64,000 nt of DNA from the NCBI GenBank assembly GCA_030704615.1, contig CM060733.1, forward strand, positions 39,928,001 through 39,992,000, in the 5' to 3' direction. How positions within the stretch are numbered: position 1 is the first letter of the stretch; each line of letters opens with the position of its first letter. The DNA comes from Takakia lepidozioides (Eukaryota > Plantae > Bryophyta). The notes beneath the pieces were generated by a model. It had not been told where the DNA came from. It was given only the letters and a program-made list of their open reading frames with translations, and made no database searches. This document shows positions 50,501-63,000 of this stretch, one piece after another. The position numbers and the translations under genes were made by a program.

Positions 50501-50779
50501 TATGTGCCTGACACACGCTTTGCATTGAATTATGTGGAGGAGGAGCAAAAGGAAATTTCTCTCTGCCAGCACAGTGAAAAGCTGGCCATTGCTTTTGGGT
50601 TAATCAACACGACCCCTGGGACGCCTGTCCGTGTCATCAAGAACCTTCGGGTGTGTGGCGACTGCCACATGGCCACCAAGTTCATATCAAAGATTGTTGG
50701 GCGAGTAATTGTTGTACGTGATGCGAACCGCTTTCACCACTTCCAAGATGGGGTTTGTTCTTGTGGGGAGTACTGGTGA
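47528..50779 (+). CDS. Intact intronless PLS-E-DYW PPR protein (putative organellar C-to-U editing factor) with an N-terminal PDF motif, 1083 aa
   Basis: R/S/T-rich, acid-poor N-terminus (transit-peptide-like). PDF-like motif at 47828-47968. Six L-S-P triplets, L2-S2, E1-E2, PG box, HSEKLA, CGDCH, terminal EYW. Confidence 0.96.
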   Translation: MAARTIRMAYYTCSRGTPGCPHRDYSACKTGLVPTASRKCGLYTLYGTPAHLNRIAIRFSTTGFKPIAGQLRPIEEDQVRGQGGEQGDHRQGYPDSQNTDMEKLWKEYFADPSRWWDNRGKRILCRGPDLKDKSLKAGLWINSYKKPLGLPVDGMKTVGAQCEAGTPTSTSTIAFERYGDVRALCKTGQLKEALRLLHDGGIVANSKTYLCLLQECIKMKWLTEGKRVHAHIIQSGFEPDVFLCNTLVNMHAKCGRIVDARLVFDKMPERGLSTWNIMMAGYANRGHFREAFETYEQLMREGLRPNQATFICVLKACANLADLEKGKGVHADILKAGIVSNIILDTTLVDMYAKCGSINDAKGVFETMAERDVVSWGAMIAGYAQQGCGLEAWETYDQMMREGVKPNQVTFICVCNACASMAALGKGKEVHADILKAGIVPNIILDTTLVDMYAKCGSIKDAKGVFDSMAERDVVSWNAMVAGHARHGCGTEALETYERMVRTGVKPNQGTFVSVCNACASLAALEKGREVQTDIMKAGIVPNIILGTTLVYMYAKCGSINDAKGVFDSMADRDVVSWNAMIAGYDQCGCGMEALESYHKMMQEGVKPNQVTFVSVCNACAGLADLEKGKAVHADIVKAGIVVNIILGTTLVDMYAKCGSTNEAKKVFNNMVERNVVSWNAMIAGYAQHGCGMEALETYEQMMREGVKPNQVTFVCICNACASLTALDKGKQVHADIMEAGIVPDIILDNTLVDMYAKCGSIEDAKGVFDSMAERNVVSWSAMIAGYAQHGCRREALQLFEGMQKEGLKPNSVTFLSVLSACSHGGLVDEGRHFFDSLTQKHGLTPTVEHFGCIVDLLGRAGRLDEAENFINNMPVKPDAVVWKALLGACRTQGNVEVAERAAKSILTWDQQDAATYVLLSNIYAAAGRWDDTAKVRRMMKVRGVRKEPGRSCIEVGNRVHTFVVDDKLHPHIAEVHAELRSLSEQMKEAGYVPDTRFALNYVEEEQKEISLCQHSEKLAIAFGLINTTPGTPVRVIKNLRVCGDCHMATKFISKIVGRVIVVRDANRFHHFQDGVCSCGEYW

Positions 50780-51983
50780 AACGATGCTGTTGTTGTAAGG
50801 TGTCAGTGCGTTGCTTCATTCCCTATAAGTCTGCAGCTGCTTGATTCACCATTCCCTGGGAAGGCTGGTTATGATGTACTGTTGGGCATTTCCTCCATGG
50901 CATATTACCCCTCCAAGAGCCCATTTGGAGGTGGAAACTCAGCTCAAAATTGCAATATGTTCCCACACAACCCCCATGTCAATCTGGTTACGGACATTAA
51001 TGGTTGATGGACAGGGTGGTCTAGAGCGTGCTAGGAAATAAAATGTGGATGTCTGAACTAAGCTGGCCTTAGATGTGATATGTGGCTGTCCTTGGACTGC
51101 AGAGTCACGTCTCAAAGAAAGATAAAGAAACATATCTGATATTCTGTGTCAAATACATGGCAGAGGGCTTGATGGCATTAGGTGGAATTCACTTGTTTTA
51201 ACCTCGTTGTACCATCATCCATTTTCGTTGAAAGAGTCTCTTTACTTTGTTGCGCTTGAGGTGCCCAAAACTGAAATGGACCAAATGAACCTGGCCAACG
51301 TCGCATCATAACAAGGATGTAGTGACACCAAAGAGTATACAGGAGTTAGGGTCTTGGGTTCTAACATGACATGCTTGTGGCAAGGGAGAGGCTACATAGG
51401 AGTGACAGCCAGCATACCACGTTGGATGTGATTTGGGTTCAAACCACGGTCTGGTGTGTCATGAAGGTGTCCACCTTTCAGCTGGAAGGCAGTAGCCCTT
51501 GTGGTGAAGTGACACCATAAATTACGCCCCCTTGGGGAGGCGACATACTTTTTTCTTTTCTTTTTTACTTTCTAGGAGTGACAAAACTTGTTGATGTGAG
51601 ATGAACCTCTCTAGAAAGACCTGTCCATGAGTCACTGGACTTACTGGTTCCATGTAGGCTGTTCGGCCTTGAGCCAGATAATGGCCTCACAGGCAACATT
51701 GTAGCCAGGCCTTCGGACATTCTCTTTTATTTCACAGATAGGACTGTTGATTGTTTTCCTTGTATTTTCAGTACACATCTTCCCATCTCGAAAACGAAGA
51801 GAGACGGAAGACTCACAGATCTTCGGAATGGTCTATAAACTCTTTGTGTGAGTCAGTTTCATGTACATTCGTACATTCCCACTAGTAAATAGTTCGAATT
51901 CATGAGAAAACAAGTACATCCAGATGGGTGTTACAGAAGTCTAATGCTCACGTTTTTGTGCAGTGTAATTCAGTCTTTAGACC

Positions 51984-52943
51984 ATGGCTCCACCAGAGGG
52001 GACGGCGCCTGCACGTCCTACAGAAACACACGGAGATCAGTTCCGAGATTCTCTAGAAGCATAACTGCAAAGGTCTCTTGACTTCAAACACTTCGTGCTA
52101 CCAGAGAACGATCAGTTTCTTCCCCATGATGAATTTGAGAATGACGATGATATTCCTACCGTCGACATGTCGACTCTTCATTCTGGAAACAGGAAGTGAA
52201 GAAAAGAGTAATAGCTGAGATGGTGAAAGCCTGCGAAGATTGGGGCTTCTTCATGGTTACCAACCACAGCCTGCCCATGGAACTAGTGCGCAAAGTGGAG
52301 GCTGACGCCGGTTCTTTGCCTTACCCCTTGAGCGTAAGCAAAAGGTCTACCGAGAGTCTTTTGGAGGTCCTGGATATTCTGGAGGCACCCGTGACCCAAG
52401 TAGAGATCCTCGCAAGGCATGGGTAGAGGGTATGCATTTCTTTAGCAATGCCACTGTGGTGGAGGATCACGTGCAAAAGATTTGGCCCGATAAGCATGAT
52501 CAGGAGGAGTTCAGGTACCAGCTCCTTGTGACCCTTCTCTCACACATGAGATCTCCAGGCCCTGACAGTTCTGTACCAGGACGGTTTTTGAGGTCTGCAA
52601 CTATTGAAGTCACGTGAGCAGTAAATGGGTGGGGTGTCCGCCCTGACCCGTCTTCAATGTTGGTGACGTAGTACTCAGGTCAGTTAACGGATTGTAGTGT
52701 TAGTGTTGTGACCAGGCGTGGAGCAACGGAAAGTACAAAGTACGCAGCATCGGGCAGCAGTGAACGGCACTATTCCTCGCCTGTCTATACTCTTCTTCTA
52801 TGCCCCCAAAAATGACGTTGTTATCGAGTTGATGGATGCAGATCACCCTGCTCTGTATCCTCCATTCACTTTGGGGTGAGTACTCGGAGATGATGAAGGA
52901 GAGGACCCGCTTTTGCGCGCTTGACTTGTTACAGCATGAATTA
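51984..52943 (+). pseudogene. 2-oxoglutarate/Fe(II)-dependent dioxygenase pseudogene
   Basis: DIPTVDMS, KACEDWGFFMVTNHSLP (DIOX_N), FNVGD, AWSNGKYK..HRAAVN...RLSILFFYAP, DHPALYPPFT. Early TAA, frameshifts, and no recognisable HxD segment. Confidence 0.85.
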
Positions 52944-53011
52944 GTGAGTGAAATGTTAATAATGTGACAGATAGTCGAGTTGGGTGACTCATCACTTCAT
53001 TGCCAGATTAA

Positions 53012-54379
53012 CCCCTAAAGGACAAGGGCCAATTTTTGCCAAGACCTCAAAAACTGGACCCTGGCCCTCTAAAACATTTATATCTTGAGATTTACTAAGG
53101 TCCCGTAAAACTAACCGTTGGAATATACTCTCAACTACCCCACCTACGACCACAAAAATCCCTGTCTAAATCCAACCAGCAGATCCAAAGAATATAATGT
53201 CTAAAGTGGTGCAAAAAACAAAAACATGAAGTAAATAGGGGAAAAAAAAGTTATTTTTCTATCGAATTTCCCATCTGCGAACTGGTCTGACATGACACTC
53301 TCCAGAATCTGGTGCCCTGTCATATAAGACACCTTCCCTGCAAATTTCATCTTTTTCTGACATAATCTCAGGTGGGCTGCTTTGTATGCTAAAAATGGGG
53401 GGTCAAATTTGGGATTTTGGGCAGGCAAAAAGGTTTGTTCAGAAAATTGAGGAAAACTTTTGAGCCGTTCATTTGGCAATCGCTCCGGTGGGAATGTTGT
53501 GGCTGGGTATGGCTGTTCCGCAAAAACATTTCGGGCCAATCTGAGTCTCCTATTAGGTCTTTTTACCCCCTGCCCATGAGACTTGCAATTGCACCTATGT
53601 GGGCCTAGAATTTTTGGGCAGTAGCCCTCTCTTGTGGAGGGTTTTAGGGGTGCCTCATCCTACCCGTCCCTAAATTGATTAGGCCTCCACCCCTCCCAAG
53701 GCATGTCCACCCCCCCCCCACCCAGGTTCGGGTCACCCCTATGTTTATTGGGTTTTGGGGTCACCCACCCCACGCGTTCATGGGCCACCCATGTCGGAAA
53801 TGTGTCCCGGTTTTCATGACAGAAAAACAAAACTCGTCGGATTTCACAAAGTGGACGGAAGCATCTCCAGGCAGCTCTCGAGTTGCACACCGTTGCGCAT
53901 CAATTGAGTCTCCTCCCGCGCTCTCCCCCCCACAACAACAGGTTTGATACCAAACCACGCCCGGAGCTACCATCGCCATTGATTCCAGCTTGGGGATTAG
54001 GCATGGAGATCTCCGGGGCAGGTCGGCTGCGGGTGCCATTTAGGGGGTAAGTGGCGCAATAAAGGGTGTTGGGAGACGCGCCACCCTGCCATGGGGGGGT
54101 TGCATGGAATTTCACCCTAACCTGACCCCAGTTGTCACGTTATCCTTAGGGTAGGTTAGATGGTGGAAAGTGGCCTCAAAATCACGAGTGTGGCGGACTC
54201 TACGCTCTCCACGTGGCAATTGCCAGGTCGTATGACCAATTGGGAAATGCCACGTCATACCTGACTTGATTTCCAATCGAATGAGCCTATGTGGGCCCAC
54301 ATCAGGCGTAACCTCAGGGATAACCAGCCTGTTTTCTAAACCCAACCGACCCAAGTTGGGTCATTTTGACGCTTAGGGG
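53012..54379. mobile_element. Non-autonomous piggyBac-like element A
   Basis: TTAA|CCCCTAA...TTAGGGG|TTAA; internal similarity to element B (ggg.tgctttgtatg..aaaa..gggggg). Confidence 0.65.
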
Positions 54380-54643
54380 TTAAAAGTGTCGTTTGGGAGT
54401 TTCACTGGACATCATCATGCAAAGTGTGTACTGCGATATCCACTTATGAAGGCGATGATCCTGTCAAAACCATGTAAATTACTATGATTGAAAGCAAGGG
54501 GTTGTGGGTTGGGCGCTAGTATCCTTCAAATGATGAACAACTAGTTGATGGAACCTTGAATTGTCTTATTCAGCTTTGCCTCGTTACAGCTCTTATAGTG
54601 AACATTCATGGTCCTCACAGCACTAAGTAGATCAAGGTTTTAA

Positions 54644-55611
54644 CCCCTAATGGACGAGGCTGTTTTTGGTGGGCCCACTCCAAAACAGCACATACCCTCA
54701 CGGATGAGGGTATATCTCCCAGCTAACAAACATCCACAGGGATGAACCATATGAAAGGAAGGCTACCTACCTCATGCACCTGCTGTAAAAATTCCCAACC
54801 CATTTCACCGTGTCATTAGGAAGACTATGACAAAATGGTAAGCCCTAAATCTGTAGTATACTCCAATTTTAGAGGGAAAAAATAGTTTGACCGGGCCATT
54901 TTTCCTTGCAAGTACCCACCCACATTCCAATTCAAAGGCACCTAAAGCATGTTGCCCCAAATTTGCAAAGCAGAATTCCTAAATCTGCATAGGGTTGCTT
55001 TGTATGGGAAAACAGGGGGGTTAAAAAATACCATTTAGCTCAACTGATCTGTAATTCAGCCATAGGGGTCCAAATTGGCGTTGTAACCACAATAGCAATG
55101 GTGGAATTGTTCCTTGATTGATTTTCTACTACCTCCAAAAAGAATTTCTGAATTCTAACCAAAATACAGGCAGAGATTTCAATTCCTATTTAAATCCCAG
55201 CTGAGGCCAAGTATTGCCTGAGCCGGTAGATAATTCCGGCCAAAAAAAGGGGCCACATCATCAAAACTGATGAAGTCACGAGGGCTGTTTTGTGTGGGCT
55301 TGTTTTTAGTAGGGCCCCGCTGTTACCCGTCGCCGGCAAATGCCGAGACCCAGTCCCATCTGTCTGCCATGTGGTAAAGCCAACCCTGCTGGAGGGCCCC
55401 AAACCACATGATTTTGGGTACCCCCATGCACTCCAAAAACTCCTAACGGGTGTCCTTTAGGATTTTAGATTGACATCAACACAAAGGGCGCAGAACTAAA
55501 TTTCCTACATTTTTTTATTCAGGGCTCGATTTCATCTGAGTTCCTCCCGACAGTTTTCATCCATTTGAAATTTTCAATCGACCCGATTCAGGTCGACTCG
55601 TCCATTAGGGG
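54644..55611. mobile_element. Non-autonomous piggyBac-like element B
   Basis: Perfect 15-bp TIR CCCCTAATGGACGAG, flanked by TTAA at 54640-54643 and 55612-55615. Confidence 0.82.
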
Positions 55612-56175
55612 TTAACCAATAGTTGGAGTAAGTGAAAGAACTTGGTCCCAAATGGTGCCGAGAATGGAGCTAGCATAATTAAGTGTAGGGAAATGCGGTT
55701 AGAGCCTCGCTAGAGCTAAATGATATGAACATGATACTTACATACAACGTGTCCAACTACATCACACCAAAAGAAAATACAGTCACTGCCACTAGTCAAT
55801 CGCTAGGCTGCCCACTATGGCAGTCACTAGTCCACCACAATCGCCACAATGTAAGTATTTCCAGGCTTCATGTCCCTTATAGAAAATATCATCAGGGCCC
55901 AATTTCTCTTTGGCCAAGTTGTTCCAAGCCAAATTAAACCATGAACGAAGTTGGGAATCCTTCTGTAGCATGACCTTCGCATCATAGAGATACATATGGG
56001 GCGGAACTGAAGGTAAGACCCAATGATCCCCACTGGAATAACTCAAAAATCGTGATTGCATCTTCTGCTGCTCAATGTGATAACGTGCCATGAAACAAGC
56101 AGCATAATACAATCCACAGCCCATGACAATACTAGATACCTCCTTGGTCTTGGTGTAGATGTACCCATGAACAAC

Positions 56176-56400
56176 CTAGTTCCAGGTTAGGAAATGATTA
56201 TCAGAGAATCTTGCATACCATTCACTTGCTTTCTTTATAAGTAAACAAGGAAACAGTCTCATTTTGGCATCATCGCCATTCTCATTGTTCACAATACACA
56301 TGTGCTCAAATTGGCTGATGTGTACATCAGGATCCCCTTTTCCTGCATATATTGAAAAAGGTGGTTTGCCCATGTTGGTTGTAACGCCATCTGTGGCCCT
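56176..56400 (-). mobile_element. Ty3/gypsy-type gag remnant
   Basis: YAGKGDPDVHISQFEHMC...DDAKMRLFPCLLIKKASEWY...TWN fits the retrotransposon gag pattern; no LTRs found. Confidence 0.7.
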
Positions 56401-57042
56401 ACCCCCTGCCCACTGACAAGTGCTGACCCCCCTGCTGGTGCTGGTCCTCAAGGACCTGTTGTAGTTGTGGTGGAACTTCCACCAAGTGCTGGTCCCTGAG
56501 CACTCCCTGCTACTGGCCCCACTACTGCAGCTATTTCTCGTCATTTGCAGTGCAGAATATTTTGATGCACCTAAAATCTGCTACTTCCAAAAATGGAAAG
56601 ACAAGATATGATCTCAAAGGTCATATTAACCACAGCTTGGGCTCCTTACTGAGCATATGTTTCTGCCATGGCTCCCAGAAGTTGAAACTCATCTTGAAAG
56701 ATAGAACTCAGCAATTTGAACTCTATTTTACCTTGCAAGGGTGGTCCTACCCTGCCAATGGTGGGATACACCGTGTGAACCTCTTTCTACTCCATCATAG
56801 AGCTCTCAGCCCAGCAGTCGCGCCCTACTATTCTGTAAAACCAAAAACTAACTCTAACGTTGTGCAAAGCCAAAGCCACTTGCAGCAGGTCCCGACATCA
56901 GTGTCCTATGCTCTTCTTCTTTTCTGACTTCGTTCTGGAACTCAGCTTCACTTTCTTGGCATACTGGCAGCAGACATTTTAAAAAGGTCATTTCCTGTGG
57001 AAAAAGGATACTTGGAAAACCAATAAACTTGAAATGCACATT

Positions 57043-60000
57043 TCACAGCACAGGGAATGGGCTCACAGCTTTTGACTTCCGTTTGAGCTTCCCGCGTTGC
57101 AGATTCTTGGGTGGCTTTAGCTTGTAGATTCGCACCATCCAATGGTGCGTCGTAAACACCTGTTCCACCCAATGACTCCTTAATGTACTTCTCCAGTGCA
57201 CAGTCTATGGCAAGTGAAGTCTAATGTGTGATACTTAGTGCAGTGCGCACTCCACATTGACAACGAGCTAGTGTGTCTCTCTCTCTTCCTCCCCTTGTTC
57301 CCTTTATCAGCCTGTGAACTATGCAGGATCAAGGACCATTTTGTTGACCACTGCTATGGCAAACCAGTTCCACATGAAGTCTTACAGTGTAGCTACTGTA
57401 GCCCAGTCTTCCAGCAAAGAGTGCGACGTCCATTACCTCCTCAAAATGAGTCAGTTTGAAATACTTCTTGCCAATTTCAGTTCTCCTGACACGGTCATAT
57501 CCTTTGCCATCCATTGTCGCCTCCGCAAACCTGGGCAAACACAGTCCCGTCATGATGGGGCCGACTTCAATTCTTCTGCATTTGATACTCTCCCCTTCCT
57601 TTCTACCATAACCCTTATTTTATCTGGCCGATTATCGATAACAGCCAAGGAGCCACTGGCTCTGCTTCTCCCTGTTTATGATCTCTCAGAAGCAACAAAC
57701 TCAAAGCCAAACACACACCCATAGGCACCTCCAACGGGTCTATTAGGTAGAATAATCTCAACATCCATAATCACATATACATCAGCTACAAACTGGCAGT
57801 CTAACAACAGCAACAATACCAGGTGTGCTCTTAACAGCATATAAGATTCGACAACGGACAGGAATGGCAGATCAGACAAATAACATATGAGGTACGAAAA
57901 TAAGATGATGAACACTCTACCGGCAGACAAGAAAGTGGGTAAGAGAGATTGAAAACTTAATGCTTGCCAAATGCCCAGAAACTCACCGATAATAGGACAG
58001 TTTGTACATGAGGGAATTCAGCATTGTGGGTGTTGCCTGTCCATCAATCCGGTACTGGCCGTCTCTCTGCGATCAGAACCTCTACCTTCAAAGTAAGTAA
58101 AGTTTGTAACATAGGTCAGACAGAACAAGCCTTCCAACTCTTGACGACCAAAATTAAAGAAAGAGATGTACTCACTGACCGATCCCTATGAACGGCATTT
58201 GGATGCTTCCTTGAGGTCAATGTCCTTGAAAAATACTCACCATTGCCAAGTGAATGACCCAAAAGAGTACAGGCTCTGCCCAGATTTCCCATGATGCTTA
58301 TCCACTGTAGAGGAGAGTACAGGAGATTTGGAGCTCAATTCAGGACGGACAGTTCTAACAGCCAGAGAGAGAACAAACAGATTGACCATTCCATGGCAAT
58401 GTTGGATATGAAGTTATCATCAGGGCCATCGTCCCTGCAGGATACTAAATCATCCTGGAGCCAGCTGAGGGGTAAGGATATATGAGACTCGCCCCCAGTT
58501 CGCCTCACAACCAACAACAATACAGTAATGTTAGTCTCTTCGCTGACAGCACACTAGGAGGTATGACGATTTTTTCAGTCCTGCTGTTTCTGGCCCTAGA
58601 GCTGGGAACAGATGTGGCAAATGTGGCAAATGTTTCGCTATGTCAAAGAAAAAGGAGTGAGAGAGAGAAGAAACAAAAAGGGTTATGGTCCACGGGGGAC
58701 CTGAGGTCCCTTGGGACATAGTAGAACTAGGGCTTGCACCACAATCACAGGCTTTATGGGTATGTGCTGCCGTTTTGGCTTGTGTATTTTTGTGGAATTT
58801 CCCTTAGCCATTAAGTCACCATAGGTTTCTTGCGACAAAGTAGAACTACAGGCTCACCTCGATTTCAGGCTTTATGGACTATTGCTACTGTTCTAGCTTC
58901 AGCCTTTTTGGTGGAATTTTGTTTTGCTCACAAAACTACGTTGAAAAGTCACACACTATCACTGTTTCTCTGATCGCTACAACCCTGTCTCAGTCAGCAT
59001 TTCCTGGCTTGCCAAGGTTCTGATAGAGGTTTTAATTTATTTAGTTTGTCCTGAGTTGTTTTCCCCTTTTTCTTGCCACTCTGTGAAGCAGTGCAAAAGA
59101 AGTAGAGAAAGAGGGTTTCTTACATGTCTTTAACAGGAGAAAGTAAGACTTACAAGGTAATCTGGTTCTTTGATATGGGGGAACACGCCACCTCCAATCC
59201 GAACCATCCAGAGAAATTTGTTGATATCGTCACTGGGATATCCCACTAGGCCTGTCCATCACAATGCAATGTGGACTGGAGATCACATAATTGGAAACTA
59301 GATGCCCACATCATGCCTTTGCTTGCATGCTTCAAATCAGACTGGCACCTCCATCTGCTATAAAGCTAAAAGCATACTTAACTACAAGACAAGATATTAG
59401 GCTTCGGCATGTCAAAAACAACCTAAAGACTATCTCACATTTCAGATACACGGAGATCATCAATCGTTGAAAGGAGAGAAAAGAGCCTTGGGGGTCAGGT
59501 AAGGGAAGAACTTTGTAACATCCACAAACAGTTACTGCAGGGTTCACACACACCTCCAAAAATGACAAATACATATTTCACATCCAAGCTTTGATAGATT
59601 TCCCAGGCCTGCCGTTCAGGCGATGACATAGCCATTCCCACTGTAGCAATATGTGTATTATTCCATGTATTATTGTCGACTATCACTGTTCGGTTCGCCA
59701 TTGCTGTTGTTTGATATCCATAATCCCACCACGATGCCACCTGGAAAAGAATCATTGCACAGGTTTCAGAAGAGTTGAATTTCAGAGCATGAAACAACAT
59801 TTATTTAGCACCCACCTCTCAAGATGAACTCTGTTGCAATCCGGACTAAACGCAGGACAAGAACCCACCAGCTATGTGCAGCAGCCTCTCTCCCTCTTTC
59901 TCGAGGGTATATTTTGTTTGTTGCACGTCACTGTCCTACAGGCTTTTTGGGCCTTCTCTGGATATTATGGCACTAGTCCTTCCTTTTCTTTATTTTCCTC

Positions 60001-63000
60001 TCTCAACTGAGATAACACTTTGAAGGGAAGAACCCAATGGGTGCTGTAAAACGATAAGCATTCCAAGGTCTTTAGTAACCATGGAAAAAGATTTTTCCTG
60101 CATGGAAAAGCCAATGACAACATACCTGTATCTCCGGTTCTCTCCTTCGACTCACCCTCCTCTCCTTAGTCCACCACATACACACATCTTATGGTACACA
60201 GCACTCCTAATACTCATGAAGAGATGTGTCAACAAGCAAAATGAAACTCTAAAGCCAGGAATCTGCTCACAAACAAACCTTGTCATCCTCGTTTGTGTTG
60301 TGGCTCAGCCAGGCATAGGCCTCTCGAAAATCATCAAACACATGGAACCCCTCGGCAGTTTGTGATGTGAGTACAATTGACGGTGCCGAATATGCTTCTG
60401 CTGCCGCCCACACACAATGTATCTGCATTTACATAGCCAAAGAAATAGGGCTTCTTGAATTCACAAAAGCTTGGTAAAAGGGGTGTTGCCTTTTTGAGGA
60501 GGTGGGAGAAAAAAGAGAAAGAACAGAAGGAGGAAAAAGGGAACCGTACAATGTCCACGAAAGTTCAAGAGAGTTTGACCATGCCCATAAACTATGGGTT
60601 ACCATTGTCATAATGCTCAGCACAGCCTAGATAACGATCAAGGTAACATAGTTGATTTTAGGGCTGACATTGACATACTATAGAATGGATCATGTTGATT
60701 CCAGCAGTCCAAACTTACTTCATTAATAAGGACGGGCTGCGGTTGCACTGTGTAAGCAAACGTAGAGAGATAAGAGAGTGCAAGAGTGAGAAGGAGAGAA
60801 AGTGTTTGTGGCCTATCAGTACAGACCACATAGAAGCTTGATAGCAAGACCAGCAGTACAATGCCGACTGCCGATGCCTCCAATGGCAGCACAGCCAGCA
60901 CCTTTTTTGGCACCTTCTTGTTGTCAATTTTCTCAGACGTTTCCTTCTCTTTCTTCCGGTTTCGCTTGGAAACCCGCTCCTTTCCCTTATCGCTCACAGC
61001 GTCTTTGATTTTTTCCTTTGTCACCTCCCTGCTGATGTTTGAAGTGGATGATGGCCCAGGAATTGAGTTTACAACAGAGCTCTCATCCTGTTCAGTTGTC
61101 CCCCAATCAACTGGTTAGCCAAGTAAGGGGAAGGGAATTCACAGTCAAGATAGAGATGACGGTTATGCAAGATGCCGCATGTGCATAACTCTGTCATTGC
61201 ACAAAGTTGTAGCCTCGAGGCCATTGAGCCCCCAGAGCATAAACCTATGGTTCACATTTGGCACTGGGAGAGCTAAGGAAGTCTAACCTGCAATTTCGAC
61301 TAAATCAGGGTTTAACCTCTACAAACTGAGCACCAACGTGGCGACAACAAGAAGACCCACTTCGCAAGCAGCCGTTTTCAAGGGCATCACCAAAATATTG
61401 ACTAACGCCCCAATGCGTTCGCAAGTACAGGACACACCCAAAGAGACGAACCAATCATATATGTCACTGAACCACAGCTGATACCACTTTGTGCGGTGCC
61501 TACTGATGAGTTCAGTTCTTAATTTGTAATTTTGTGTTGCTAATTTGACACTGAGACCAAGAAAAGCTCCGGGTACCCAATTTGCAGACGCTCCCACAGA
61601 TGGATGGATTAGAAACGATGCATGATGTCCAATGCAAAGCCGTAGGTGACATGAAAGCAAAAGTACAGCCGAAGTCCCCAAACGACTGGGGTAATGGTTC
61701 ATGTGTTAAGCCTCCCAAAAAAAAGATGTGAAAGACACAAAAAATTGAGAACTCACCTTCTCAGGTGTGCCTAGCAAAGAGGGAGATCGGGGTTGAAACT
61801 TGATGGAGCCTGTGAGGGTATCAAAAGCTGCCGATAGAGCAATGCCTGCTAAGATACAGGCTGCTGGAGCTAGGACAAGCATTAGCCGTACCTGCAGCCA
61901 CCATAAAGAAACACATATGAGAATGAACAGAGCATCCACCATCCATGGTACTCCCTCCAGGTAGCAGCATGATTGAACTCCTCTTGTTAATCCTTTCCTA
62001 CATCAATGTTAATCCTTTCCTTTCGATGTACTTACGGTTCAAGGCAGCCTCAGAGAGTACAAAATACTGAGACTAGCCTACAGTTTATAAAGAGCTCCCA
62101 AAACTGAGTGTGAAAGGTTCAACAGCAGAACACCCTATCCCATGCAGTCAACAAACTATAATCAAGCTTGAACTGCAGACAACCAGATGCATATTCTCTG
62201 TCTAATGCAAAGAAAGGGTGAACCTGGCCCTGATGAAGTCCAATACTTAGTGATACTTCCAACAATTCAATAGTACGGAACTCTCCAAACAGTGAATAGG
62301 TTTTCATCTGAACTAAAAATGACACTCAGCAAAGCTTAGTAAGGTAGACCTGTGAGGGTGAACACTCACCATCACACCTGAGAAGTAGACTGATGTCACA
62401 AGATATAGAATCACAAATATGCTGGAGTCAGAGAGAGGCAAAAAACATGCCTGCAAGTAAGGATCACCCAAATAAGTACTCAAACCAACACCCATTTATT
62501 TTGCGGTATAAAGCAAATACGAGAGCAATGCCTTAAAGACACACAGCATTCCGTGTCAATCCCCGAAGAGGTTACCAAATTAACTTTAGGCAATAGCCTT
62601 GTACCCATTGTTTCTGTGCCCATTTAGGAGAAGCAGGGGAAGGGCGGGGGTGGGAAGGGGGTTTCAAACTCTCTCAGAAGAGGAAAAGATCTCACAACCA
62701 TGCATTTACTACAAATATATCCTTAAAGTATTTAGTCCGCACCTACAAAGCCGTTATCAGACCCTTTTTACCCACTAGGATGTGAAACTCAGCTCAACAA
62801 ATGCACCCATTGCACTAGAGTGTTCTTCTAAGGGCTGCCATTAACATCACATTAACCAGCATGATGCAAATCCATCTCTGTCACTATCTCACATGCGCCT
62901 GTGGTTGCAGTGCAAATTGCACTGTGGAGACTAAGAGCAGAGAAAAAAGAGGGAGTGAGGGAGGGCCATCTAGTGGGTCGTGCACCTAAGCATCGTGCCA

